A stretch of DNA of 64,000 nt from NCBI GenBank assembly GCA_010909165.1, contig MU008215.1:124001-188000 (forward strand), written 5' to 3'. The notes beneath the pieces are model-generated. The model was not told the origin of the DNA and ran no database searches. It worked only from the letters and a program-made list of their open reading frames with translations. The DNA comes from Anthoceros angustus (Eukaryota; Plantae; Anthocerotophyta). This document shows, piece after piece, positions 48,778-62,269 of the stretch. The position numbers and the translations under genes were made by a program. Numbering within the stretch: the stretch's first letter is position 1; the number at the start of each line of letters is the position of its first letter.

Positions 48778-51700
48778 CCTACTAGAAAAGGCCGCCTATG
48801 TTACACTTTTTGTTAAGATTTGAACCCCCCCCTTGTTGCAATTATGTTAAAATCTTGGGGTCTTGTTACACTTATTTGGCCTTATATACGTGCTTGGTAA
48901 CCAACCTCCATCTTGTTACAATCACATGCCTTGTTGCAATTTTGTTGCAAGCAGTAGTGAGAGGCGTATTTGGCCCTTTCAAAATTTCAACATATTTGCA
49001 ACAACCAAAGTGTTACACCCTCTTATGTTACTTGGCTTGGTACCGAACCTCCTTCCCATGTGGGTTTGCCATTATTGCTTTCATTCCTTTGTTTTTCCCC
49101 GCCTTTATCATTATGTACTGTAATTATAAGTATATAATATGCCTTGGCTTGCACGACGTTGCGATGTCATTACTCAAATTTATATACGATGCCTTTTCAA
49201 ATTACACGCATAAGTGGTATCATTTGTCACCCGCTTTGCAATACCAAGGCGGCCTGCAATTTTACGCTTGTTTCCACCCTATTCCGCAAAGGCCTTTCAC
49301 GCCACTCAGATTTCAGTGCCCTTGTGGGCCCCGATAGGGTACTTGTTTTGGAAACCCTTACACCACAAGAACAATAAGACGAGTTTCACCCCATGATAAC
49401 ATGCCGGTTCTTTGCCGCATCCACATCCAAAATTGGCCCTCCCTCGCTGGATGAATCTACCGGCATCCGCATCCGGTCCGTGCTCCTCGTCATGGGAGGA
49501 ATGAACCGCAATCTCCATCCGCGACCACTGTGCTCCTCCTACTGAGGGGTGAATTTGGGGTTGTGGTTGGCATTCTCTGCCCCGCCTGCTCGCTTCGGAA
49601 GGCCTACTCCTCGTCAGATGCGCAGCCTGGAAACTGCACCTCCCACACGGCTACGATTTTGCCCTTCCTTCCTCGCGGCCTCACTGGTTTTTCCTTCCGT
49701 GCGATTCCTGATTCCTGCTTCCGGGATTTCAGAAGAACATATGACCACATGCCATTCCCATGGCCCTTGGCCGTAAGCACAAACACTGGCCGGAGTGCAG
49801 CTTGCAATTTGCGTGCTTACCTTCTCGGCCTTCTCTTTGTTTTGTTTCCGCCCACTTCCGCCTCCATATGTTTCACGCTCCTTCGCCACCCTCGACTGTA
49901 ACTCTTCCTTCCCCATCCGCCTTTGCCGCATTCCCTTCCTTTCCTCTTCCGGCCTCCTCCATCCTCCATAGGTTGCGCCACCTTTTCTCGAGCCCCGTGC
50001 AGTCCATGCTCTCGTGATCCGACTCGTGTATGTGTCGGGTACAAAGTTCGCACGGGCTCACATCTCCATCCTCTTCCGCCACCTCCTGTGTTTTTCCTCA
50101 TCGTCACCATGTCGTGACGCCTGGCCCGTCCATTGAGGCCGGATCCTGTGATGTATGTCTCCGCCTCCATTCCGCCTCGCCCCGCCGAGGGCAACGCTTT
50201 TTGGCACCATTGCGCACACATGTCGTCACCCCACGGCCCCCTCCGCCTCCATTGTCCATCCCGCCCATCCTGCTGCGCCACCACTTGATGTCCGCCGACA
50301 CCGCCATTCCCTGATGTGTACCGGCCCCATGTACCTCACTTACACCGACGCCTCTCCCTACCATGTTCTTCGTTGCCCTGCTTTCCCGAGGCACCCATGC
50401 CACCATGCCCCCTCTACGATCATGACCATCGCTATGTTCGCCACAACCACGGCCGTCGGTGTCGCTGACCACCACCTCATCGCCCGCCCATATGTCGGGC
50501 CGCCTTTGCCCCTGCTGCCAGACACCGCGTTTGCCCCACCGTAAGCGCTTCTTCTCTCGCCGCACCTGCTTTGTTTGTTCGTCATTTGGTGCTCCATGGC
50601 CTACCACCGCCTTGATGTCCCGTCCTCCCATGGTTGATCGCTCACCTCGTGACGCCCTCCATGTCGGGTTCCATACGCCTTCTTGTCCCCGCCATTCGTC
50701 CTTCCTTCCCGCACATTTGTGCTGCTTTTTCTCCACCACATGCTTGTGGCTCCGCGCTCGAATGGCTTCCGCCTCACATCTAGCGCCACCGTCCGCGGAA
50801 GGATTGACCCATTCCCACTATCCTCCTCCTTGAAAGGCCACGAGATCGGGATCCTTCTCCAACTCTATATCATTCGAACGCAATTCCTTCCCGCTTATCT
50901 GCAATCTCGCATCTCGGGTTCGTGCATACTTTGCCTCCTCACACGCCCGAGGAACTCCGCACCGAATCGCCTCGCTGGATCGCCCATGCACTTCCATGTT
51001 TGTCGCTCCTTCTAGCATGCCATACTGCCATCTCGCAGGATACGTGCCATACCGCTTGTGAAACCGCAACACCCACTGTCGACCTCCTTTCCCCACGGGT
51101 TTGGACCCATACCGCCATTTCTCGCTAGTCTCCTTCGCTGCTATTTCGTGCTGATGGCTGAAACGCCGCCTTTTCACCGTGTCGTGCCCATGCTAAGGCA
51201 TCTTCCCACTCTTCATCGCCCACCATGGAAGGTTTCCTATTCGAGGTAGTTCCCCTTTTCCTCTCTTCCAGAACCTTCGCAAAGATCCACACATCCGCAT
51301 TCTGCGTCTGCTATTTGAGAGAAATGTCTACTTATGCACGACTTCAAAGACTAACTGGAAGGCTTCCGCCACACACTTGATTAACCGGGCCTTCTCTCGC
51401 TTTTGAACGCCCTCCACCTTGTCGTACCTGTGTCGCTCACAACCTTTGTCCCGACTAGCTCCAAGATTTCTTCGTGTCTCCTTCGCTTAGCCCACCGAAC
51501 AACAATGCACGGCCTTTCACAACTCACAATTGCTCTCAGCCATTTCACTCCATGCTTGTGCAGCAAAGCATTCACCAAGGCCTCGTTATCAACACCATTT
51601 ACGAGGGCATTCACATCTATTGTGCCCCGTTCCTCGCCTCACGGCTTGATATGACACCTCCACCGCAACAAATTCCGCCCGCCATTCCCTTTCTAGGGCC

Positions 51701-52400
51701 TCTGCACCGCCGGTCCTTCCTGCTATCCTCCTCCCTCCGACCGTCCGTGCTCGTTACCTTCTGCATTCCCCGCATTTTCGCCCTCCTCTCTACATCCAAC
51801 TCCTCCGCAAAGCGTGACGGTTGTTCTCCTTCCACTTGATAGTTCCCATTCCCCTACTTGCCATCCATCATCTTCGCACATCCAACGCATTCACACAATG
51901 CACATGGAAATGACGCTCATCCCTGACACCGGCCTATATGTCGACATCAGACAATGTGTTGCGTGAGCGCCACCGATATCATCAGGTGCCACAACACACT
52001 AACCGGTCCATCATTTCGCTTGGTCCATGTCCCGCAGTCTACCGCATTGCTCCAAGTCAGTCTGCCGGGATGGAAGGTGCCAAGTTTCACGCCATCGAAC
52101 TCGAACCTCCCCGCCATCGCGCTTTCCCTCCTTCACGCTTTGTTGCCTCCTTTGCGCCGTTGGCAGCCTCCTCCCACCGTGCTCGCCGATTGAACGCCGG
52201 AAAGGTGGATGGGGCGGATGAGGAGGATAGGTGTCATGGCACTCAGTGGTAGGAAGAGGTAGATAAGAATCTGAGTGTGATGGTGTGTGTGTGCTATGTG
52301 TGTGGTGGCATGATGAGTGGCATGATGAGTGGCATGGGTATGGAAATAGGATGGTGTCATGGCTATGTGGACCATACAAGCAGAATACGGTCAAGCGCAA
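48778..52400. mobile_element. CACTA-like element D (left part; relative of C), right end not found
   Basis: Begins CCCTACTAGAAAAGGCCGCCTATGTTACAC with the same subterminal motifs; collinear with 16593-~19700 (e.g. GTCCATGCTCTCGTGATCC at ~17775 and ~50003). Right boundary approximate. Confidence 0.65.
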
Positions 52401-55139
52401 TTAAGGCTCTAAGATCTCCGACATGTGCGGGTGATCACGGCTCTTGAATTCGGCCAAGAATTAAGATCGGGCGGCGTGTAGGCTACAAAGTCCGCAATCC
52501 GTCATTGAGGCGGATTGTTGATGTCCGATTCAAGAGAATGATGCATCCCAAGCACTTTTCATGCACCTTGTGATGCTTCAGGTGTGCATAGGACAACCAT
52601 CCTGCCGTTGAAATTTTTGCACATCAACAATCCATCGGTGAAGCCACACAAGGTGGCAACGCGACTCAAGGGTCCGAGAGGGGCCCGAGATTCGAGCGAA
52701 GACGGAGAAGAGGAAGTCAATCGCTGACTCCAAGCCAACGTATAAGTCCATGGTAGATCGTCGAGAAAACACCTTGGATTATTCACTACTGCTTTTATGC
52801 GATCCATTCAGGAGGGCCGATCCGGGTGGAGCCGGAAGCGATTTTGGCAACGCTCCGGAGTGAGGTGATTGACAAGCATGGTTGGCGGATCGACCTGGAA
52901 GGAATCGACACCAACTTTGACTAATGCCTTACATAGTCTCGCAGGGGAGGGATTGATAGTGATGGTGTTGTTACGGGTCGGTGGACGAAGCACACCGACA
53001 ACTAAGCTTACAATCCCGGCACGCCTTCCTTCGTCCGTAGGACAAGTGGTCGCTTGAGGAGTCACACTCTATCGATCCATTGACTTTGAAGAAAATCGTG
53101 GTGGCGCCCGGGATGGATTATGAACCAGCCAAAAATGATGTGTTCACGGTAGACACGGTAGTATGTCTCTTTCTGACTTTGAGAGAAGTTCGGATGGGCG
53201 ATTGATGAGATGGTGCTCAAATACAAGTCGAGTTCACACCGGAGATGGCACTCGGAAAGATGAGCACGTTTCTAGCCGGTGAAGCTTTAACACGCTATCG
53301 TGATCGCAAAGAAAAGATCAGGATGCACACATGTCGCTGCGAATGAAGCGGGCAAGGAAAGGCTCAAGGTCGATGATGAAGAACCGGGATCATCGGGTTC
53401 ATCGCAATCGAGGTCATCACTTATTTGGTGGACGAAATGTTCGTCAAGTTTGCTGAGATGTTTCCAGTATCTTCCATTGAAAAAATCCAGGAGTTGTCCA
53501 AGTTTGTGATCAAGCCAAATGAGCCTCTAAGATCTCGCATATCTACGGTTGCGGTGGTGAAAGACACCAAGGTGAAGACCATGAGGAGAAAGATACATTG
53601 CTTGCCGGGAAGGCGGAGGGTGATCGCCAACTGCGCATATGCTACATGGGGCATTATGAGTTGGAGCGGGCGTACGAGATGGCCGAAAGAGTTATGAAGG
53701 AGATCATCACCAATGCTTCGGGAGGAGCACAATGTGATCGGTCATACCACACTTGAACATTCGGCAGGAAGTCACATTATCGCGAGCATGTGCGGTGCAC
53801 TCAGGCGAGTCGCCATCAAAGGATCAAGTGGCTAAGCTTCAAGACATCCGTAAAGTGTTTACGGTGCAAGGGGCATAAGGCGTATGAATGTGAGCATCGT
53901 GTTGGTGGGTCAAAGGAGAAAGAGGGCAGGGCATGTGGTAAAACCGGACATACGGAAGCCGCTTGGCAAGCCCATCCCGAACTCAAACCCAAGGGCCTAG
54001 GAGACCGAGCAATGGACAAGCAGAATCGGGTGCGAAGCTACACTGGAAGGCTTAGTGAGGAGGTACCGCAAGAGCAGGCTATGAGCGTGAGCATAAACAA
54101 GGACTCATGTCCGGAAACCTATGACGACGATGTGTTTGCGTTGATGACTAAAGGTCAAGGCATCAAAGTGGGAAGCATTGATTTCAAGGGTGTAAAAGTG
54201 AAGACCGATGGGGATAGAATCATTGAGAATGCCCAAGTCATGCAGATCCAGACGAGGACGACGTCACACAGGATGAGGTTGTTCCAATACGTAGATTACA
54301 TGGAAAAAGCCATGGATGTACCGTAAGTTTGCGGACACGGGATCCGACACAACCGCTCAAGCAAGCAATGCGGGCATGGATTAAGAAGGAAGCCACCGAG
54401 TTGAACATGGTGTCCGGCTTGTCACCACGTGGTGATCATCTAAAGCCGCTAGGGGAAAGGTGGAATAGCGTTAGTGAAGAATCGAACGAGAAGTCACCGC
54501 CAATGGCTTTGCACGGAGTGTGTTAGTAGACACCGTGCGATCCGGTTGCTTGGGGCACGGTGCAAGAAGCATCAATCGTATGGAGACAAGTCAAGCCGGG
54601 TGGAGGTACGGATCACCACATCCGCAGCACCAAAGAACAGTGATGGGATGACTCGCGATCCGATTCGGATAGAGTATAAGCCGTGAACAGCGATGTGTGT
54701 GGTGGAAGTACATTGTTTGGTTTCGATGCACGAAACTATGATGTGTTGTTGTGATGCTACGACGGGCCAAGAATGGGGTGGATCCGCCGCACTGTGGCAT
54801 TTTATAGGCCAAAGTGGCGGATGGAGATTTCACATGTCGCCGTAATTCCTCCGGACATGAGGAGGCATGGTGAAAGATCAAGAAGTATCGCTCACGGGCA
54901 CAAGTGTTCACCGAGGGAGGTGTGGAAGAGACAGAAGACTGCACGACACGAGGTGTCGAAGAAAGCACAACATCGAATGATGTGCGCGTGAGTCGTACCC
55001 ACCAGAGGAAGCTTTGGAAAGAGAGCGATTCGAGTGGATGCAAATATGGCGAATCACCGCAATTGTCCGGAAGAAGCCGCCACTGAAAATCATAGGAAAT
55101 CTTTACAAATCGACAACCAAGTGATTCGTGGCGAGTGCA

Positions 55140-55980
55140 TGAACAGGCATCCATCTCATGGAGTTGTGTTCGATTAGTAGTGGGTGGAGTGTGTCTGCGA
55201 TGTGGGATTCGCACAAGTATATGTGTAGAAATTGATGAGAAGACTAAAGGCCAAATCCGTGGATTATCGGCTACAAAAATGCATCCGAGCTTAGTGTGGA
55301 AGCCATAAGAGGGTGCATCAACCGCCCACCGATGTGAAGGAAAAAGCATGGCAATGAGATGCCCGGTTGACATGGTGATTGCAGGATGGGAGTGCAAGAC
55401 CTTTTCCAAAAGGACGTGGTCAAGTGCAATCGGGCGGGGAAGTGATACGGATTCCGAGAGAAGTGCAGCGATGCAATCCGCATGTTGGTACTTGCTGGAG
55501 AATGTTTGGAGCTTTGACAAACGGGGTCATGTGAGAGAAATGAAAAGGTCGAGCCGGGAGAGGAGTTCATCATTGACGGTGCAAACAGGGTCGTATGCTC
55601 ATCGCTCATTTTACATATTGCAAGTGTGGAAACACTCAGCAAAGATCAAGTTTAACCACACCAACTAAGCGGAACTGGATGGGATCCTTGAGGAGGGCAA
55701 AGCGATCGCAATGTGAGCAGGATGGATAGGTTGCCACACTATCCTCAATATTGTGGGAGAGCCCAGAGAGCTTGGCCCACAGGTCAAGACCTACCATATG
55801 CCTTCGCCGAGGTGGTGCGGCATGGTATTGAACATGAATGGTGAGGAGATGGGGAACCCACGATTGTAGAGCGGAACGAGCGATGGGTTTTGACGATGGC
55901 AGCACCTATACGCGAGGTGTGTCAAGCTTTCGATGCAAACCGGGACAAGCATTTGACCCGACATGTGTGCAATGGTTGGT
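55140..55980 (+). CDS. C5 cytosine DNA methyltransferase domain within Gypsy pol (frameshifted)
   Basis: Motif I-like GIHLMELCS.ISSG (55146), KYMCVEIDE, motif IV PVDMVIAGWEC (55363-55395), motif VI YLLENV (ENV at ~55498), motif VIII GSYAHR (~55590), motif IX PTIVER.RAMGF (~55860), motif X GQAFD (~55950). Confidence 0.85.
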
Positions 55981-56269
55981 GAGTGTGGAATAGCCACACA
56001 ATGCAAGTCGAGCAGAAGGTCGATGATGATGGGTGACGGGAAGAGTTTACGCCGTGACAAGTACCCAAATGTCGAAATAGTGAAGTATCGTCAGTGGAAA
56101 GCACGAGTGGGCATTCAACTCATGTATGGCAAATATGTGAGGACTTGAATAGCGAGGATCAGCAGGATCCGGAGATGCCGGAGAAGAATCGGGTACCTTC
56201 TCACCGGCAAGAGTCGACGTTATGAGCGCATCAAGTTCAAAATCATCACTACTACCAACGAGCCGGTCA

Positions 56270-57420
56270 AGACGCACAAGTTGAGCCCAGAGAGGGACAT
56301 TGTGGATAAACGGTGTAGGGAACTTGCTGCGCTGGATTAATTGGAAATCAAGTTCACAAGATGTTGCTACCACGGTCCGCTAAAGAAAGACGAAACGGCG
56401 AATGGAAGGGCGGATGTGTGGAGATTATCGCCGAATGAGGTAACGCCTATGGAGCGATATCCCATGCCTACCCCAGATGAAATCTTTGACGCGATTGGCG
56501 AAGTATTTTACGACGTTGGACTTCCGCTCGATTCAATCAAATTGTCATCAAGAAGAAGACAAGTGTAAAACGGCTGGGCAAAAGAAATAGGGAATGGGAC
56601 GATGCCTTTTGGGCTGAAAACGCCCATCTACTTTCGTGAGGGTGGCGACTTGGAGTTGCAAGGATTACCATTCGTGAGGTGTTACATTGATGACATTTTG
56701 GTGTTCAAAACGCTGAGGAACACATTCAACACCTCAAACGCGTCAGAGACCGCCCGCTGGGTCAAGGCACATCCAAAGAAGTGTAAGTTTGCTTACAAGG
56801 AGATAGAATATTTGGGTCACAAGATTGTGCGGAGGCGTGCGTGGGCGAAGGTGCTCAATCTTATGCCAAGACCAAGGGACGAGCCGCTTGAGAGCATTCT
56901 TGGGACTCGTAACTATTATCGCCGATTCATCAAACATGAGCGACTTGCAAGGTATTGTATGATCCGATGAAAAGGGGCACAAAGGGCGTGGGAGCAAACA
57001 TGAACATGCTTGGCGGGAGTTAAAGGATCAATTGTCGAAAGGCCCATGCTCAAACGGCTCGATTTTGAAAACCGCTCACTCAGATACCGACCGGAGTGCA
57101 ATCGGAATCGAGTCGATTTGCATGTGGATCAGAAGGAAAAGAAAGAGTGATTGCGATGCAGTAGGTCGAACAATTCCTGGAAGCCAATTATTCGTCGATG
57201 AGGGTGAATGTTTGGTCATGCGGGTGGGCGCTTCTACATTTTAATTTATTTGTTCGGCAGAGCTTCCAACTCGTGACCGATCACCACCGCTGTAATCGTT
57301 AATGACGAACATGAAGTTGAGTGGCAAGCTCGCAAGGTGGGCGCTGCGAATATGATATGCACATAGTCCGGTGCAAAAGTACATCACAATGCGGATGGAC
57401 TTAGGGAACCCAAGACTTGA
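56270..57420 (+). pseudogene. pol: Gypsy reverse transcriptase and RNase H
   Basis: ORFs 56341..56568 and 56602..56970 (YIDD); NYYRRFIKH; KLARWALR (~57325). Confidence 0.88.
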
Positions 57421-58199
57421 TGACAAAGATGGGACCGTGCGCGCGTGGATTTTGATCATGCTCATACATGCCAAGCATGTATATGGCTCTCATGGCCACA
57501 AGTCGAAGGAAGAAAACAACTCAATGAGGGAGGACGAGACATATGGAAATATGGGCATGCTATTCACTATTGAAGGAAGGACAAGTAGTTGATTCAGATG
57601 CCGCAACCATTCAAAAGTACCGGAAGGTCATGAGGTATACGGAGGGATGGCAAATTGTTAGTGATGATCGTGGAGTGTGTAAAATGGTCCCTCCCATAGA
57701 GGAACGGGAATAACAGAGAGTAAAGTGCACAAGACACTTTGGAGCAGTCCGCGCAATATCGGCGATTCTTGAAAGCCCTTTGCGCCATGAGGTTGCCACC
57801 CCTTTCTCATATCATGCAAAACACGTTTTTAAAAGAGATGTGCAATGGCAGTTCCACTTAGAACAATGTAAGTAAAATCGAGGTTTTTTCCATGTATGCA
57901 CACTTTTGTTTCAGGCGCCGGCGTCCGCACCCTTCCGAGACTTACTGGGAAAGGGCAGAGTGCCAAGACTATGGGTCCAAAACACGAATATGCATTTTCC
58001 ACTTAAGGGTCAAAACGGAATTATACCGGTCAACCTGGACAGAGCCCCTACCCTTTACAAGTCCTGCTACCCAAAGGGTCATCTACTCAACCAAATTGAG
58101 CTCCGAACTGCACCGCTTTCTACATTTTCCAAATCCGCCTGTCACCAAAGTCACCTTCAACTCAAAAACAGAAAAACGCGGAGCCTCGTTGTCGCGGTG

Positions 58200-61100
58200 G
58201 TAGTGTGCCGCTTTCATCCCATATTGTCAATGCTTGGTCTTCAACCGGCCCGTCCGGGGTCTCGGAGTCCTTCATTCTCGACCTTCTTTCCAAGCAAGCT
58301 ATACACTTGCATTTTCCAATGCCCGCCTCGCATGCATCTCCTTTGCCCAAAACTTGCTGTGGCCCCGCGAAAACTTATTGTTATTTCTTCGAACTCGTCC
58401 AACCCGCTCACTCAGACATATACATTGAGCATCGTATGCGTCTTTGTCAATGGCCACAACGCCTTTTCCGCTGTATCCCGCCACCAAAATGATCCCGATC
58501 CGCAAAAGGCCAACAATCCTCGTTGGAGAACATGTTCACCAACATGCCTAATAAGCCCACGGTTTTCGATATGGCGATACGACCATCTTATCACCAGTGG
58601 TAAATCGCCTTCTTCACCACGGTCCTGGATAACTCTTGGCGCTTGATGTCTTTGCCAAAAAAGAGGAGCTTTTCCGACATTGGACTCTCACCGCGCTTCC
58701 ATCCAAATATTCCACTGCTTCCACAAAGACCACCGTTAGGTGGGATGTTGGTTTTCTCCATACCGGTATGACTCCTTTTCCGCACCAAGACCTCAAAGCC
58801 TCCCCGGCTTGAATCACCCCATCCACCCCATGCATAAGAATTATCCTAACACATCGTCGTGGTCTTCTCGTTGAAAGAGCGATGATCTCTTTCAATTCTT
58901 CTTCAACGAAAGCCTTGTCATTCTCATGTCACTGTAAACCTCGAGGGAGGTCGCAGAAAAGAAGAGTATACCTCCTCGGTGGCAAAAATCCTTTCATATC
59001 CAAAATGTCTCGATGCACCACCGATATGCCACTTTGTCCAAGACCTGTGCACTCAAACGCCACCGCATCCATGTCCTTGTCGGCCATTTGTTTTCGCTCT
59101 TCTTCCATCCGCTTCCCATGCGCTATAAACAAAATCTTGGAAAGGTTTTGGCGTGCTTTCCAAATCCTCAATGTCTCCGGCAAAGCAGAGGTCGAAAAAA
59201 CTCATTGACAGCTGGAGGCGCGTCACCGCGATTGTGTGCGCCGGCCACCGACTCCAGAACCGGCGGCGCGCAGGGAGGCGGCCGCGCCATGAAAGTGCGG
59301 CGCCCGGCCAGTGCCGGCCACCGCATCAGTGCGCTGCCGCGCGCCAGGCGGACCGGGCGCACTTGCGCCTGAAACAACAGAGGCACGGCCACGACGCGGC
59401 GCCACCGACCGCGACTCCCCAACGAATACACTCACTTACCACTTCGCAAAAGTGTTGAAACTTCGCCAATTCCTTGGCCTCGATGTTTGGGAACTTTTTA
59501 CTTAAGGTCGCACTTCATAGCCTTCGAAGGCATGCTCGATAAGGTTAATCTTCTTCCTGCCAACATCGTATCCATATCTTTTAGCTGAGCTTTTCCTTGG
59601 ATGACCTTGGTCACGCTATCAACATCTCTCACCCTTCGCCCTTCGGGACTCCTTGAATGCTCTCCATGCCCTTCCGAGCATTGGAGCCGGACGAGGGGGC
59701 CGATTAGGGGCCGTAGTTGGGTCTTGTGGCTTCCGCTTTGCGCCCGCCGCCGCCCCGACCGCGGCTTCCTCACCGCCTGGGAGTTCGCACTTCTACATCC
59801 GGAAAATGGTGTCCACGTTCTCCCACAATTTACCCGCACTCGCAATCCTCAACGCAGAGTCTTCCATCCACCATCTTCCACATAATCGTGTCCTTGAGTT
59901 TCCAGCCTCCAAAGATCCCCAAAGAACTTGTACACATTGAACTTCCACCGCAGAGGGTTTTCCATCGGGTGTGTCCGGTGCCAAATCTCAAGCTCATCAT
60001 GTATGTAGCGACTTGTTCAATAAAACCAAGCTTCTTCCTCTTGTCGCACACATTGTGATCACCGCCAAGACCATTTCTTCCTCTCAAGCTGCATATACAT
60101 GGCCTCGAGCCATTGAAATTTATCTTCCGGATACATTTCGAGGTCTGCATGGCGATAGTTCCTCCAAGACCCCTAGGGTGTAATCAGCTCGATCTCCTCC
60201 GGTGCATCTTCTTCTTCAAGCAGTCTTGGATCAATCATGCACAAAAGTGGGAGCGCCCCTTCCTTCACGGACTCGCATCATCGAACAAGGCACTTCATCC
60301 ATGCCTCATCCACCTTCCTTATCTCGAGCATCCGCCGTTAGAAATGAAGCGTGAGCAAATGTGAATGTCGAATGTTGTGGTTTGCACCCGCTTCTTGTAG
60401 GCCCGAGTGCGAACCATCTCCGATAGTCATCCTCCTCGCGGAGCTCCGCTGCTCGCATCCGTGGTCGTGTCCGCAACGGCCTCTTCTCGCATGCTTCCTC
60501 GACTTCCTTAATTTTTCCTCCGCCCACCTCTTCTCCATCACCACCGAGATCTTGCCTTCCTCTTCGCTTGATTGTGCTCTCGCATGGAAATCAAAACAAG
60601 ATGCTTCAATTTACATGCTCGAATTATGGAGGGCGAGCCGTTAGGAGCATTCTTACCACCATTCGCCTTCTCATCTTCACCGGAGACTGACAGTTGGATT
60701 CCCTTCTTCTTCTTTCTGCGCCTGCCGCCGGGGTCCTCTTCGGACGAGGAGGGTCACCTCCTCCTCAAAAGCCTCGATTCAAGACCCGAGGCTGGACATG
60801 TTGCGAGCCATGGGCCTCGCCCGTGCTCGCCTCCGCGGACCGAGGCCGAGATCGCTCCTCCTCTTCCGGAGAGCTCGGCTCCACCGGAACCTCGTCCTCC
60901 TCCATCTCCGGTTGCATAATCCGGGCATCGTTTGTGCACACAACCCACCGGCCCGCCTGATAGCGGCGTGCGTCGCACACCGCCTCGCCGATCACCGGTC
61001 GATCACTACACCGTTCTTCAAGACCCTTGGAAGTGAGTAGAACGCGCAAAATTGTTCTCTGCTCATTTTAAAGAGGAAAACAATGAGTATACCAGATGGC

Positions 61101-61830
61101 GAAACCCTAATCGAAAATGGGAAGTGATACATGACGATATACAACCGACTTACATCTTGAACACTTTTGGAATCACGCAAGGCCGATTTCAACTGGCCGG
61201 CTCACAACGAGGCATTATCTTGGCGCATCCATTATCGAGGAGATGTGTGTTGATGTCATCGTTTATGTGCAAATGAGGTTTCTTGGTGACCAAAAGCGTA
61301 TGTGCATATCTTAGCCCATCGCAATATAGAATCCATCCACTCGGAATCCCCTCAATACCATTGTAACCGTTAATCCATAAGGGAGTGGAATCCAAGGCAC
61401 TGGATCTTGGGTTCTTCTTGCAACAACGCTCCACTCTTTATGTGTTGTACCGCGGAAGAGAATCGGAGCTTTTTCACCGAAAGCTGCTCCACAAAGTTAA
61501 AAGCATGAGGAATCGCTGATCGCATTTTCCACCGAGGTTGGTGCTCCCTCGTGGCCATCAATGTCTTCATATCCTCTCGCTTGAGTACCCTTTGAGGTGG
61601 ACGTCCGGACACTACCATGAGAGGATTCTCTCAATTGCATAATAGCGGTGGGGTTCTGTTACCACATTCGGGATCTGCATCCCCTCATCCGGTGCCCGCC
61701 TGGCGATCCTGCTGCTCTTGACCGCCATCGCATTTTTCCGCGCTCGACGTGCGGGCGCCAACGCAGCGGGGGTCGATCTCGCATGCTTATTGCCGTGGCC
61801 CTCGCGATCACCATCCCGCAATCTTCAAAA
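58200..61830 (-). CDS. ParB-like + beta-class amino-DNA-methyltransferase of S2 (frameshifted)
   Basis: EGHGN..APARRARK N-terminus; LWINGY..GWIL..LLVTKKP; GVLGG...FQWLEA..Y...HNV..KRKK.GFIEQV (~60000-60180); EEERKQMADKDMD..HRDILDM..RRYTLLFCDLP (58929..59183); TVVKKAIYH..DKMVVSPY.KP.GLL..LVNMFSNE..FCGSGS...GKGVVAIDKD (58440-58625). Confidence 0.82.
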
Positions 61831-62269
61831 CCTCATGCGGGAAGTTGGGAGGAAGTAAGAGAATTGATCCGGACTCGAACTCTTGATGAAAAAGAGGCTC
61901 GAGCTGTGGAAATGAAATATGGATGTTTGAACCGCATCAACGGATTACGAAAGCCTTAACACCGCTAGTTACGCTAAACGGCTCAAGTAGTAGCAGGTAG
62001 GTCAGAACACGGTCATCATTCATTTAACCTCAAATGCCTAAAATAGGCCCATTACAAATTCGATGCATCCACCTCATCTTATGCCATCATTTTCTAAGGA
62101 TGTGCACTCTCATTCAAGGTCCATCAACAGAACTGCTACGCCATCACCATCACGCAACCGCAATTATAAATCATCCAACACCACACGGTACCACCTTATG
62201 TCACATGTCTATAATTGTGGGTGTGACTTTGATCTTGATTCAAAGTGCGTTCTTCCTCGCATGCAGTAG

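Larger units (their letters stand above)
52400..57810 (+). mobile_element. Ty3/Gypsy retrotransposon carrying a C5-cytosine methyltransferase; integrase cut off by S2; LTRs not identified
   Basis: gag with knuckles (CLRCKGHKAYEC, CGKTGH), protease LVDT (~54525) and YDVLL, DNMT, RT (RYPMP, MPFGLK, YIDDILVF, EIEYLGH), RNase H. Boundaries approximate. Confidence 0.8.

Noticed and set aside
57820-57840. AACAC at 57820 as the left TIR of S2
   Set aside because: Only 5 bp match the S1 TIR and the other end is outside the window; used only as an approximate boundary.
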